64,000 bases of DNA from a virus. Taxonomy: Duplodnaviria; Caudoviricetes. A program made the translations under genes and the position numbers. Under the pieces are notes generated by a model that saw only the letters and a list, made by a program, of their open reading frames with translations, was not told where the DNA came from and did no database searches. The DNA is taken from IMG/VR virus record IMGVR_UViG_3300044627_003892. The stretch is one strand, 5' to 3'. This document shows positions 27,356 to 38,300 of the stretch, in pieces (position 1 is the stretch's first letter; each line of letters begins with the position of its first letter).

Positions 27356-30310
27356 TTATAAACAGCTTGTTGTTAAATTAACTATAATGTTTATGTCAGT
27401 AGACACTGGTGCGGTTTCAAAGAATGTTACATTATTAGATTCTAAAATATAATATAAATTAGGATATGAATAATCATAAGTAGCAACAATTCCAACATCA
27501 AACAATTGAGATTGTATATCAGTAAATCCTTCAATTACAATATCATACCATTGTTCATTTGTTAAGGTAGCACCATTAAAATAATTTTCAGGATTACCAG
27601 GATAAACAAAATTAACACCATTTATGGTAAATGAAAAACCAAAATAAACTGAAACAGTACTTAGGTTAGGACTACATTCATTATCAATAATCCAATCTTG
27701 TAACGTCATGTTATAAGCCTCAATAACTGCACCTTGGTCAACAAATAAAATCGGATATGTTATTGACGGAGCCCCAACAGTACCCTCAATAGTACCATTA
27801 CTAATAGGACCTACAGTATCCTCAGAACCTATTTGACACATTCTTTGTCTTCTATAAACAAACTTTTGTCTATGAAAAATAGAATTTTCAAATTTAGTTC
27901 CAGTATTCCAAATAGTCGTAGCAGGTATAAATTGTTCAACCAATCTTATCCATGAATCACCCAAACCATTAATATATTCAATCATGTTTTGGTAATTAAA
28001 ATTATTGTTTTGAATTCCAACATCTTGGTACATAGTAAGATATTTCCAAAATAAAGATTGTAATGTAGGGTATCCACTCGTCTTACCGTCAGAGGAGAAT
28101 TGTCTATTTCTCACATTAATCATGTTACTCCAAAAAGTTTTATAAAACTCGAAGAAGGTTTCATATTGTGGTTGAGGATTTATAAATGTCCAATCTATCC
28201 CTCCAACTTGTGGATATGGATTAGATAACCCTGATGATGGTATTGGATAGTTTTGTGTGTTTGATAGATACCAAACATCATAAGTTAAAGCTTGAGCAGG
28301 ATTTAAAAACAAATCAACATTTTTAACATTCAATACTAATCTATCATCACTAACTGTATAATAAGCATCAAATAAATTGTCAGTATTTTTTCTTAATGGT
28401 GGTTGTAAGTCACTCCAACTCTTTTTATTATCATTAACTTTTTTAAGTGAAAATCCGTAATTTAAGAAAGGGAAATCTCTAAATGTTTCTAAATATTTTT
28501 GACCATATGTAAATGGTTCTAATTGCGTTTGAACATTTAAGTTTTGACCCGTAAATGAATCAGTAGTTATTATTAATTCTTCAGGAGACCTATGTTCCGG
28601 AGTCTGTTCAAACCATCCCTCTCCCTTTTGGAAAAACATGTTCTCCGTATTTGCCCTTGGACTTGGGTATCCCTGACTATCAATAGGGTAATCATCAATC
28701 GTAGTTGTCACAGTTTCTATTGTTGTCGTTGAGGTATAAGCAGTAAATGGGTTACCTTGGAAACTATATATATTTAAGGGGTCAAATGACGGTGTTTCAG
28801 GTATAAATACACCACCTGAAATTTGTTGGAATAACTCATTAAATCTTTCTATGTTAATCGGACTATCCGCAACATAAACATTCTCATTAAATTCTATTAA
28901 TGCTTCAGGAGCACCAATGTAATTCATCAAGAAATCAATAGCCTTTCTTGTACCTTTTGACTTATACAAATACGCAGAATTTAAAATTAAATTTCTGTAA
29001 AATTGACTATTTAAATCATCAATAGTTTGACTTGTTGAGTATCCTGGAAAAGCATTTTGAGTTGTTCCATATACGGAAGTAATGTAATTAACATTAGTTA
29101 TTGGTGATATATTTGTTGACCATCCTATAGTTTCCGCTAAATTTGGTAATAATTTAGATGGAATATCATTCCCAACATTGTAATTAACAGAATTCATGAA
29201 CGAAAGAGCGTCTATGTATTTTTTACTTTCGTCAAAACTTCTTCCGTATATTTTTAAAGTTTTTTCAACTTTTTTATCAGGTGTATCAAATTCCTGAAAA
29301 GCATCCGTCACATAAAACCTTGATAATAAATCTGTCTGTTGACTGTCAAATTCATTACCAATCTGATTTAACTTTTCAATATACGCCGAAAAGTTTTCGG
29401 TTCTTATATCTATATTCCATGAACCATCTAAAGTCCAAGTAACATTTTCATATCTTGTAAAAATATTACCATTATCCGCCTCAGTTGGTATTTGAAATTG
29501 AGCAGTATAGATTGGAGTGACGTACCTATATAAAAGAAATTCATCGACCTCATCTAAATTAAGATTAAAAACTTCATTAACAATAACATCATTTGGTCTA
29601 ATAACTATTGTATCAACTGATGTTGTGTTACCTGAAAAAGGATTTCCATCAACCTGTATTGTTAACGTACCGGCAGTTAAGCTTTGTGATGGGAATAAAT
29701 AAGATAACGGATATTGGTTTCCGTTTACTATTAAAACATACGCCGGAAATGTTTCTTTAAGATTCCTATATCGTGAAATTTCAAATGGTAAACTATTAAT
29801 GTCACTAGTTGCATTTACTGTGAAATTAATTTCAAAAGGATTTCTTATAGCACTTATTGGTAAATCTAATTCTGTAACATTTTCGTTTGAATAAAATGTT
29901 ATATTTTGAGCAGTATTACCTGTTGTATAACCTTCTCTTAAATTAATTATTTCTAAAGCCGCTGGAAAATAATTAATAATATTAACTATTGACGATTCAA
30001 ATCTTTTTGTTAAAGAACCATAAGCAGTAAAATTGGTAATTTTTGTACTATCAAAATTTGGTATTACCTTAAAATTGTTTTGAAAAACCTGAAATGATTT
30101 TCCTATATCAATACCTAAGTCATTTAATGATATAGGTGTCGAGAATGTCCCAATATCAAAGCTTCGATTGGACTTTTCAACAACTGCAATAGTAAAGTCA
30201 AAAGTTGCAGTAGTTAATCCACCACCTTTCACAAGTTGTAGTCCGACAATATTATCGGAAAATGTACTAGCGCCTGTAGGTCCTTGTGGTGGACATTTAT
30301 ATGTTGCCAT
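27356..30310 (-). CDS. large virion protein, probable baseplate wedge subunit (984 aa)
   Basis: Lies in the baseplate cluster; YLYKSKGTRKAIDFLMNYIG resembles the KGT motif of P2 gpI/T4 gp7-like wedge proteins. Confidence 0.5.
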   Translation of the reverse strand: MATYKCPPQGPTGASTFSDNIVGLQLVKGGGLTTATFDFTIAVVEKSNRSFDIGTFSTPISLNDLGIDIGKSFQVFQNNFKVIPNFDSTKITNFTAYGSLTKRFESSIVNIINYFPAALEIINLREGYTTGNTAQNITFYSNENVTELDLPISAIRNPFEINFTVNATSDINSLPFEISRYRNLKETFPAYVLIVNGNQYPLSYLFPSQSLTAGTLTIQVDGNPFSGNTTSVDTIVIRPNDVIVNEVFNLNLDEVDEFLLYRYVTPIYTAQFQIPTEADNGNIFTRYENVTWTLDGSWNIDIRTENFSAYIEKLNQIGNEFDSQQTDLLSRFYVTDAFQEFDTPDKKVEKTLKIYGRSFDESKKYIDALSFMNSVNYNVGNDIPSKLLPNLAETIGWSTNISPITNVNYITSVYGTTQNAFPGYSTSQTIDDLNSQFYRNLILNSAYLYKSKGTRKAIDFLMNYIGAPEALIEFNENVYVADSPINIERFNELFQQISGGVFIPETPSFDPLNIYSFQGNPFTAYTSTTTIETVTTTIDDYPIDSQGYPSPRANTENMFFQKGEGWFEQTPEHRSPEELIITTDSFTGQNLNVQTQLEPFTYGQKYLETFRDFPFLNYGFSLKKVNDNKKSWSDLQPPLRKNTDNLFDAYYTVSDDRLVLNVKNVDLFLNPAQALTYDVWYLSNTQNYPIPSSGLSNPYPQVGGIDWTFINPQPQYETFFEFYKTFWSNMINVRNRQFSSDGKTSGYPTLQSLFWKYLTMYQDVGIQNNNFNYQNMIEYINGLGDSWIRLVEQFIPATTIWNTGTKFENSIFHRQKFVYRRQRMCQIGSEDTVGPISNGTIEGTVGAPSITYPILFVDQGAVIEAYNMTLQDWIIDNECSPNLSTVSVYFGFSFTINGVNFVYPGNPENYFNGATLTNEQWYDIVIEGFTDIQSQLFDVGIVATYDYSYPNLYYILESNNVTFFETAPVSTDINIIVNLTTSCL

Positions 30311-31215
30311 TAAACAATAATAGTTTCAAAGTTTTTAGTTCTATCAATATCATCCCCTCTATCTTGTCTAACCTCATACAACAATTGATTTAATTGGTCT
30401 CTAATTTCGTATAAGTTATATTGTTTATAGATGTTATTAGAAGTATCGTAGATAGTATAAATTCCATCATCAATAGATTTAGTTTGATTACCATAAAGAG
30501 CAATTGCTAATGTTGATATATCATGTTCAACAATTTCAACTTCTAAAGATATTGGGTTAAAAAATGTATTTGTAATTACAATATTTTGATTTGGTTGTCC
30601 AATATTAGGTATAGCATTTGGTCTGTTTGTTGGTGCGGATGAAGGTGACAATGTACAAAATACTAAATTAGATGAACCTTGAGAATAAATATATCTAATA
30701 GATTTGTCTTGTGTGTTTGTTAAGTTTTGAGTAACAGGTTCACAATAAAAATTAGAAGTAATAATTCTATAAAAGTTAGGAATTTTAGTGTTGTCTGTCG
30801 GGTCGTAATATTCAACTCTAAATCCAACCAATCCTTGATTTGCGAAATTTGTTAAAAAATTTGACGGCACATTTGATAAATCAATAACTATCCCTTTAAC
30901 ATTAGGTAACGAACTTAAAATACCACAATCAGTAATTACTGTATTAATTTGTGCGGGTCTTAAAATCAATGTATAAATCCCTAAATTATTAAATTGATTT
31001 GCAGGTAAATTTAAATTATACAAACCTCCTAATATTTGGTTTGCATCCCCACCTGTATTTGTATTATTGAAATATGGTGTAAGATTTGAATTTGGTATCG
31101 TGAAAAGAGTGAAATTTTCAGTCTGGTCGCGTGATGCCGTATAATGAACTATTATTTCAACATCTGCGGGACTTACATCCGCTAGTCTTATTGTTCCGTA
31201 ATTACCTGTTGCCAC
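30310..31215 (-). CDS. hypothetical virion structural protein (301 aa, GTG start)
   Basis: ORF track; coupled by stop/start overlap at 30310; TATTTAT motif upstream. Confidence 0.7.
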   Translation of the reverse strand: MATGNYGTIRLADVSPADVEIIVHYTASRDQTENFTLFTIPNSNLTPYFNNTNTGGDANQILGGLYNLNLPANQFNNLGIYTLILRPAQINTVITDCGILSSLPNVKGIVIDLSNVPSNFLTNFANQGLVGFRVEYYDPTDNTKIPNFYRIITSNFYCEPVTQNLTNTQDKSIRYIYSQGSSNLVFCTLSPSSAPTNRPNAIPNIGQPNQNIVITNTFFNPISLEVEIVEHDISTLAIALYGNQTKSIDDGIYTIYDTSNNIYKQYNLYEIRDQLNQLLYEVRQDRGDDIDRTKNFETIIV

Positions 31216-31243
31216 AAATTTTTATTTATGTATGTTTATTTTT

Positions 31244-31250
31244 ATAAATA
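31244..31250 (-). promoter_or_regulatory. TATTTAT intergenic motif
   Basis: 28 nt upstream of GTG 31215. Confidence 0.55.
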
Positions 31251-31267
31251 GTAATAATGATTTTTTT

Positions 31268-32362
31268 TTAACTCTTAACAACGTTGAAAAAACCATATCC
31301 GTATTTTACTAACCCTGGTGCAGTACCTACTTCACCTATTCTTCTAAAATTCTCTAATCCACTATTAACCCCTCTCTCAATCAAAACAGTCGTTTCAATT
31401 TGGAAATCATCAATAACATTCATTAAAACTTCATTTTTAGTTATTGCACTATAATGTAACATTGATTCAGTTAATCCTGAAGAATATGCAACAAATACTG
31501 AAGTACCACCTGAAAAATCTAAATAATCTATATTATTAATTGTATACGCCGTATATCCATTTTGTATGTTTGTAACAGTTCCTGTACAACCTGAGCAGTT
31601 TGGAATAGATATCTCAACACCAATCTGATATGGATTTGAACCATATAACGCCAATTCTCTTATTCTTGACTGAGTTGACCCTGAAATAACATAAGGTACT
31701 GAGACATAAGCTGGTGTTGATTGTTCGTATAGGTTGAGATTAGAGTCACCAGTCCATGTAAAATTATATGATGACGGAGCGGTACTCCAACTACCTCCTT
31801 GTGAAACAAAAGTAACTGTGCCTAAGGGGTTTAAAATGTCAACATTTGTAAATGGTACCTCCACTGTTTTTTGAACTGTTAGTACACCAAAACTATTAAA
31901 TTGAGTTAAAGTAATAACAAAGTTTTGAGGGTTATTTGAATCACACTGTGAATAGACATGACTAATGTAATCAGGTGAAAAATTAGTTATAGATTGAACA
32001 GGTGTTCCATCACCCCAATCAACCTGATATGTTGAGTCTTGTAAATAATTAATTGTACTTTCTGTAGTATTATAAACATAATATGTGCATGGTGACCCTG
32101 TTGTTGCACTAAAAAGAAAATTAACATTAACATTTTGTTGACTAATATCACCATCAAATACTGAGTAGTAACCTATATCATGATAATCTTGATTTAATAC
32201 AATCGGTATTGTTAATCCTGTAAATAATGAAGAACCATTTGTTCCACCACTTAACATTTGACTAAGACCTGAGTATACACCAAAAGTATTACCATCATAA
32301 GTTTCGCTAATAATGTCAGTCTTTAAAAACTCAGGTGATATTTTTATTCTAATAGTATCCAT
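31268..32362 (-). CDS. hypothetical virion protein with a PKD-like motif (364 aa)
   Basis: YQVDWGDG...HVY is PKD-like; rich in [ST]G-x-[ST]. Confidence 0.6.
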   Translation of the reverse strand: MDTIRIKISPEFLKTDIISETYDGNTFGVYSGLSQMLSGGTNGSSLFTGLTIPIVLNQDYHDIGYYSVFDGDISQQNVNVNFLFSATTGSPCTYYVYNTTESTINYLQDSTYQVDWGDGTPVQSITNFSPDYISHVYSQCDSNNPQNFVITLTQFNSFGVLTVQKTVEVPFTNVDILNPLGTVTFVSQGGSWSTAPSSYNFTWTGDSNLNLYEQSTPAYVSVPYVISGSTQSRIRELALYGSNPYQIGVEISIPNCSGCTGTVTNIQNGYTAYTINNIDYLDFSGGTSVFVAYSSGLTESMLHYSAITKNEVLMNVIDDFQIETTVLIERGVNSGLENFRRIGEVGTAPGLVKYGYGFFNVVKS

Positions 32363-33486
32363 TAACCATTATTCTTTGGTGGGTTTATATATTCATACCA
32401 ATCTAATGTCAGTAAACTTTTACCTGAACCAATTACATCATATAAGTAATTAACAAAATCAAAAGTGACTTCACGATAAAAATAATCGTTATTAATTCTA
32501 AATGGATTATTTGGATTAATACTAGTTTGTCTTCGGGTTGTAAAAGTTGTGTATTCACCAGTTTTTCCATTAAAGAACTTAACTCTCATATAAAGTTTAT
32601 TAAGTTTTAAAATATCAAAATCTTTAAACCAATAAATAAAATATGACTCTTTTAATCCAATATGGTCTAATTCAAAAGTTGGTGCTAAAGATTGTACAAC
32701 ATCACTAATAGTTGTTGTAGTTGTAATATTTGTTTCATTTCCTGAACTGTCAATACATGTACACCCACTTATAAATGTAATAACTCCATTAAACGAAGAA
32801 TATGTACCAGCAACTGAAGGAATTGTAAATGTACCTGAACTTGTATTAAAAACAATATTTGAATTATTTAGAACACACAATTGACCAGTAAAAAAATTAC
32901 CCCCGCCATTTATATTTGTCTCTTTATTACAACAATCTGTATACCTAATACTATTAACTTTTGATGATACTTGTATTAGTAATGTACTACAATTATAAGT
33001 TGTAGTTGTTGACGAGGTAACAACTTCAGTCGGTAAACTTAATGAACCGTTCAATATTAAAGTAAGATAATTTTTTTGTGTTCTAGCATCTTTACTGTCA
33101 TATAGGTCAACCTTGAAAAAAGACTTTTGAACTGATTTTGTATTATTTTTAAGTTCGTCAGGTGTAAATGTATTTGCTAACTCATAACTATTATACCAAG
33201 TCGGTGTTAATACATTTGGTGTTAATGTATTTTGCGTATAATCAGCAAAATAAAATTTATAAGTTACTGAAGTATTAAGCTCATTATTACTATCTAAGGT
33301 AGGTTTTCTTGAGAACCTCGCCATCTCAAAGTTTTGTGGAACCCCAACCATTTCTTTAGCAACAATAGTTTCGTAGTCATCAATCAAATCACCACGATTA
33401 GCATAGTCCCAAGTAGTCGGGATGTTAACCTGCAACTGAAAATTTTTATTTGTATTTAAAATTTTATACTTATTCACATCCGTCAA
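32362..33486 (-). CDS. hypothetical virion structural protein (374 aa)
   Basis: ORF track; overlaps both neighbours; Thr/Cys-rich central insert. Confidence 0.65.
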   Translation of the reverse strand: MTDVNKYKILNTNKNFQLQVNIPTTWDYANRGDLIDDYETIVAKEMVGVPQNFEMARFSRKPTLDSNNELNTSVTYKFYFADYTQNTLTPNVLTPTWYNSYELANTFTPDELKNNTKSVQKSFFKVDLYDSKDARTQKNYLTLILNGSLSLPTEVVTSSTTTTYNCSTLLIQVSSKVNSIRYTDCCNKETNINGGGNFFTGQLCVLNNSNIVFNTSSGTFTIPSVAGTYSSFNGVITFISGCTCIDSSGNETNITTTTTISDVVQSLAPTFELDHIGLKESYFIYWFKDFDILKLNKLYMRVKFFNGKTGEYTTFTTRRQTSINPNNPFRINNDYFYREVTFDFVNYLYDVIGSGKSLLTLDWYEYINPPKNNG

Positions 33487-35317
33487 TTATTGGGTCGTTA
33501 ACTGAACTACTAGTGTTAAACACATTAGTACCTTCAGGTATTATTTTAAAAAAGAAATTATCATATAAATAATGTCTACCATTCATAAATGGATAATCAA
33601 CACCAATATCAGTTTCATCAATAAAACCATACGGGTATAAATCTCTCCACCTAAAATCATTATTATATACTGAGTAATATGCGTAATTTGGGAAATTTTC
33701 AATTCTATAATTTTGTGGATTATCTTCATCACTCTGTTCAACATATGGTGAATATTCTTTAATAGTTAAACTATGATGAGGCTTATAATAATATCCGAGT
33801 GGGTTTTGAATATCAGGGCCAATAGAAAAATTATCAGGATTAAAAGTAAACTTATGATAATAATCAGATATTACCCTCTCTCTTTGGTCAAAATCATTCC
33901 ATTCACAATAGTCACCGTAAATTGTATCACCTGTATTTAAATTTCCATTATAATAAAAGTTTCTTTGTGAAACTAATGGTGTTGCGTTTTGTGCGTAGTT
34001 ATCAAATGTTCCAGTATTATTCCAAAAGTTAGTTGTAACATTTGTTAATGAAAATTGACTTGACCACCAGTTATTTAATTGTGGACCTAAATTAAAATCC
34101 CAACCTTGTCTTAAAGAAACATTACTTGAATCGTTAGGTTTGTTAAACCAACCAAAAAAACCTCTGTTAATAACTGTAACAAATATTTCTGAAATAGGTC
34201 TTCTCTGATTATCAATCATTCCTTTTATATCAAGGTATTCTTGGAAAGAAACATTATAAGATAAACTATCTTCTTTAACCGAAACTCTACCTTGATTATT
34301 TAAATATGGTGGTTGTAATGATTTGGATTCAAACTTTTTATTGGTTCTTAAAGCGTTATTTTCAAACCCTGAGTTATTAATTATCGCTTGTCGATATGGT
34401 GTTAATATCTTGTGTAATCTTACATAATACTTTGAGGTTGTTTCCTCAATATTGTTAATATCTAACACTCTTTTAAATGTACCTTGTACATCATTTGTAA
34501 AAACACTACACAAATACCCAACATCATATACATCAAAAATTGTAAGTTCAGAGTCGACAAAACCATTACCTAAATTATAAACTTCAAACGCTTGTATGTT
34601 ATTACAATTACCTCCTGTTTGGAAACTTAACGAAACATATTCACCCGGGGTTAATCCGTGTGGACATGGACATACAAATCTCAACATAGGTTTCCCATCA
34701 CCATCATTTGTTTTATTCATTATAAATGGTATACCATCACCAGCAGTCCAACTATTTGTTGTTGTTGTACCTGTTTGGTACTGCATCGTTGTTGCCGTTG
34801 TAGAACTAAAAGCGTACGTTAAATGAAAATACCAATTATAAAATGTAGTTTCACTTGCCTGAAATTTAATATGTTTGTTTGCTCCGATTGTCCAACCCGG
34901 TATTCCGTAATCAGTTCTAATAAATTTAAATTCATCGTACTGAGGATATCCTCTCCAAGCAATTGGTTCGGTACAGTCATATCCAATCTGACTTTGTTTA
35001 TCTTCTAAAGCCTTAGAATAATACAAATTATTATTAAATGGTGGATATGGATAATTTTGGTTGTTAACCAACTTACCAGCAACACCTTCATAGGCATTTT
35101 CAAAAACCATATTAAATTTACAAGTAGGAACAAAAATTGTTGAAGCTTGTCTTTCAGTGTCAAATAATTGAGCTAAATTTAAATTTGTATTTCTTGAATA
35201 TTCTTCAAGTTCTTTAATAGTATTTTCAATAGGGATTTGTAAACTGATATCTTCATCAGTTGCTCCTTTAAATCTTAAAGAACCTTTAATATATCGAGTA
35301 TTACCTAAATCAGACAT
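33470..35317 (-). CDS. hypothetical virion structural protein (615 aa)
   Basis: ORF track; overlaps both neighbours within the baseplate operon. Confidence 0.7.
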   Translation of the reverse strand: MSDLGNTRYIKGSLRFKGATDEDISLQIPIENTIKELEEYSRNTNLNLAQLFDTERQASTIFVPTCKFNMVFENAYEGVAGKLVNNQNYPYPPFNNNLYYSKALEDKQSQIGYDCTEPIAWRGYPQYDEFKFIRTDYGIPGWTIGANKHIKFQASETTFYNWYFHLTYAFSSTTATTMQYQTGTTTTNSWTAGDGIPFIMNKTNDGDGKPMLRFVCPCPHGLTPGEYVSLSFQTGGNCNNIQAFEVYNLGNGFVDSELTIFDVYDVGYLCSVFTNDVQGTFKRVLDINNIEETTSKYYVRLHKILTPYRQAIINNSGFENNALRTNKKFESKSLQPPYLNNQGRVSVKEDSLSYNVSFQEYLDIKGMIDNQRRPISEIFVTVINRGFFGWFNKPNDSSNVSLRQGWDFNLGPQLNNWWSSQFSLTNVTTNFWNNTGTFDNYAQNATPLVSQRNFYYNGNLNTGDTIYGDYCEWNDFDQRERVISDYYHKFTFNPDNFSIGPDIQNPLGYYYKPHHSLTIKEYSPYVEQSDEDNPQNYRIENFPNYAYYSVYNNDFRWRDLYPYGFIDETDIGVDYPFMNGRHYLYDNFFFKIIPEGTNVFNTSSSVNDPIIDGCE

Positions 35318-38300
35318 TTACTTCAGTATTAATATATTTTGTTATGAACACATCCATTGCACTTGCACCTTTTTTCAACCCAAAATAGAAATAGAATGGT
35401 GCTCCAACCAAAAACGTTTGTTCAAAGTTTTGTGGTATTGACTCGGTTGGTACTCCGTTGTTATCAAAATTAATTTGAGTACCTCTGATGTAATAACCAT
35501 CAGCTTGGTCATTTTGGAAATATTGTGACGCCGGATTTAATCTATCTAAACTTTGGTATTTGTAAGAGAAAAACGAATTGTCATTTGTGTAATAATTGTT
35601 TGACTGACTACCAAATATATTTTGAGGTGTCTGACTAAGATAATCCAATGACCATTGATAAAATGGAACTTCCTGAGAATTAGTTGTAATATTAGTAAAC
35701 CAACAATCAATTAATTGTTGATTATTTGTTAATGTTCCTCCGCTATTCCATATAGTTCTTCTTGGTGAGATATAATCTCTATCTTGGGTATTACCTGTAA
35801 GTAACAAACCAAATAGAGGAAAACCAATTGATGCACCACCACCAAGAGATACAGTATTTTGACCAATGTATACCGAATCAGAACTATACGATTCAGGTGA
35901 AAATTCAGTTATACCAAATTGTGAATTTATAGCAATCATTTGTGAGTAATCACCATCAACATATCCAGGTACGAAAGTCGCTCCGTTATTATTCCATCTT
36001 GAGTTTGAAAATAATGCCTTAACCGATGGGTCATTACTACCTTCATCCCCACTTTCAGTATTAGGTGTAATTTGTTCATTAAATGAAGTGTTAATTAATC
36101 TACTTAATATAAATAAATTTAATATATCACTAATTGCTTGGAATGATGTTGATTTAACTTTATCAACAATATACCCATCATAATCATCATTATACACTAA
36201 CTCTTGTATAAAATCCGATTTTGGTCCTAAATCCAATAATGTTGTCGGTGAACCTAAAAATTTATCATTACCTGTACCAGTAGCATTTCCTCTATTATTC
36301 TTCTTACCAATAAAACTTCCTGTCTCAGGATTAGTTTGGTCAGGTGTTTGGAATGGACTACTTCTGTAGTAAAAATTACTTGTTTGGTCATGTAAATAAA
36401 TTAAATCCGTACAATATAAACTTGATGGGTTATTATTTAAATCAAATATTCTTTGGTTTTGGAATGGGTAAGCGTATAGTGTACCATTAACATATTGATT
36501 AGTAAAGTTATGTGACGTAATGTCAAAACATAATGCTAAATTCAAATTAATTCTTGTGAATAACTCAACAATATTTTTAATATCTTTACCTAAAGTAGTT
36601 ATTGGTTTTGACACAAAATTATAACATCCATAACCCTTTAAAAAGTATTTTTTAGAATCAGATGGGTCAATATAATCCTCAACACAATTAGGTAATATAA
36701 TTGGTTGATTTTGAGAATTAAGACCATAACAAGGTAACGGAACGGCTTCACTACAATTACTTAAACTTTCAAGTACCGCAGCGTAACTTGGTGGTGTAAA
36801 AATTTGTGAATTTTCGTTATTTGTTTGAGGTGTAGTATCAATAGTAATAACTTGTTCCGACGCTCCTTCATCACTAACTTTAAAAATAGCAAATTGACTA
36901 TTTTGATGTAATAGGAAACTATTAATTCTAGCAGTTTGTATAGTTGTTGAGGTAGGTAACCTATCAGACCTAAATACAATATTTGAATCATTACTTAAAG
37001 AAGTAGTCATTCCTGTCGAATATTGTGTTGAGAAAAATTTTGGGTTACCATTATATGGGGCCTGATAATTTGAGTCTTGAATGGCAGAACCTAAAGCGCC
37101 TGAACCATCAGTAAATTTTGGCATAGTATTAAAAACAGGCACATCCCAAAAAATTCCTGTTTCCCCATTAAATGAAAAATTACTTCTCATGAACGACGCT
37201 CCATCAACAACTTCATTACCTTGGTACCCTAAAACATTACGGTTAGATGTACATCGATTATCAACTTGTTTAGTGTAAAATGAAAACGACCCAAGAGCAT
37301 TTAAATATAGGGTATATATAGTTTGAGGATTTGTGAATATTTTTGTAAGTGAATTTACATGATAAGATGGGGGATTAAATGAATTTGGTGATGATGTGGT
37401 TACTGAAGGTTCGTTACATACATTTGAAGAATTAACTGTCAAAACCTCTCCGTTAGGAACAGTAATATCATTTAAAATATTTGTGCCAACATAATTAATT
37501 GTAGTGTCGGTGGGGTTAATAAAATCCCAAGGATTATTTATATTATTACCATTATAAGTTAATCCGCCATTTAACGTATTAAACAAATTAGAGTCTACCG
37601 ATGAATAATATGATGGTAATGTAGTATTTCCAGTAGTAATATAGTCATTCTGAGTATAGGTAAAAGCATAACTTGGTTTAAATAAGTTTGAAGTATTATT
37701 TAATGTGTTATCATGTCTTTCTGAATAAATTGTTCCTGTAATAGGATAATTCATTTTAAATTCTCCACTAATAACTAAACCACTATTATATGTAGGAAAT
37801 CCAAATATTCGAGATAAATCAATCTGTTGAGGGATTCTAGGTGAATGAGCATCTATACCACGTTGTAATAAAACTATTTTATATTCATCATAATCAGTAA
37901 TATAATTAGTTAAATAAATGTCTGTTGAATCATTACCATAAACTACGTTACTAGCGTTATTTCCACCTAATGTCCTAATCATTGGAATTTTAAGTACACT
38001 TTGACCGATTGACGGAGTAATTCTTTGGAGATATCTAACACCAAAACTTAATACGTCAGGATTTGGATTTGCTAATGATTCGTATTGTCCAATAGTCATT
38101 CCTGTGATAACTTGGAAGTATTCAACATCCGAAGCAAAAGAACTTGTTCCAGAAACAGATGTTGTTGAAGATAAAACAGGTACAATATATGTTGTGTTTA
38201 AATTAGACCCGTTATTTGACAGAAAATCAGGGTTAGCATAATTTACATTTATTGATGCCGGAAAAATAGTTGTACCAGTTGTTACATTTTTATTTGCATC

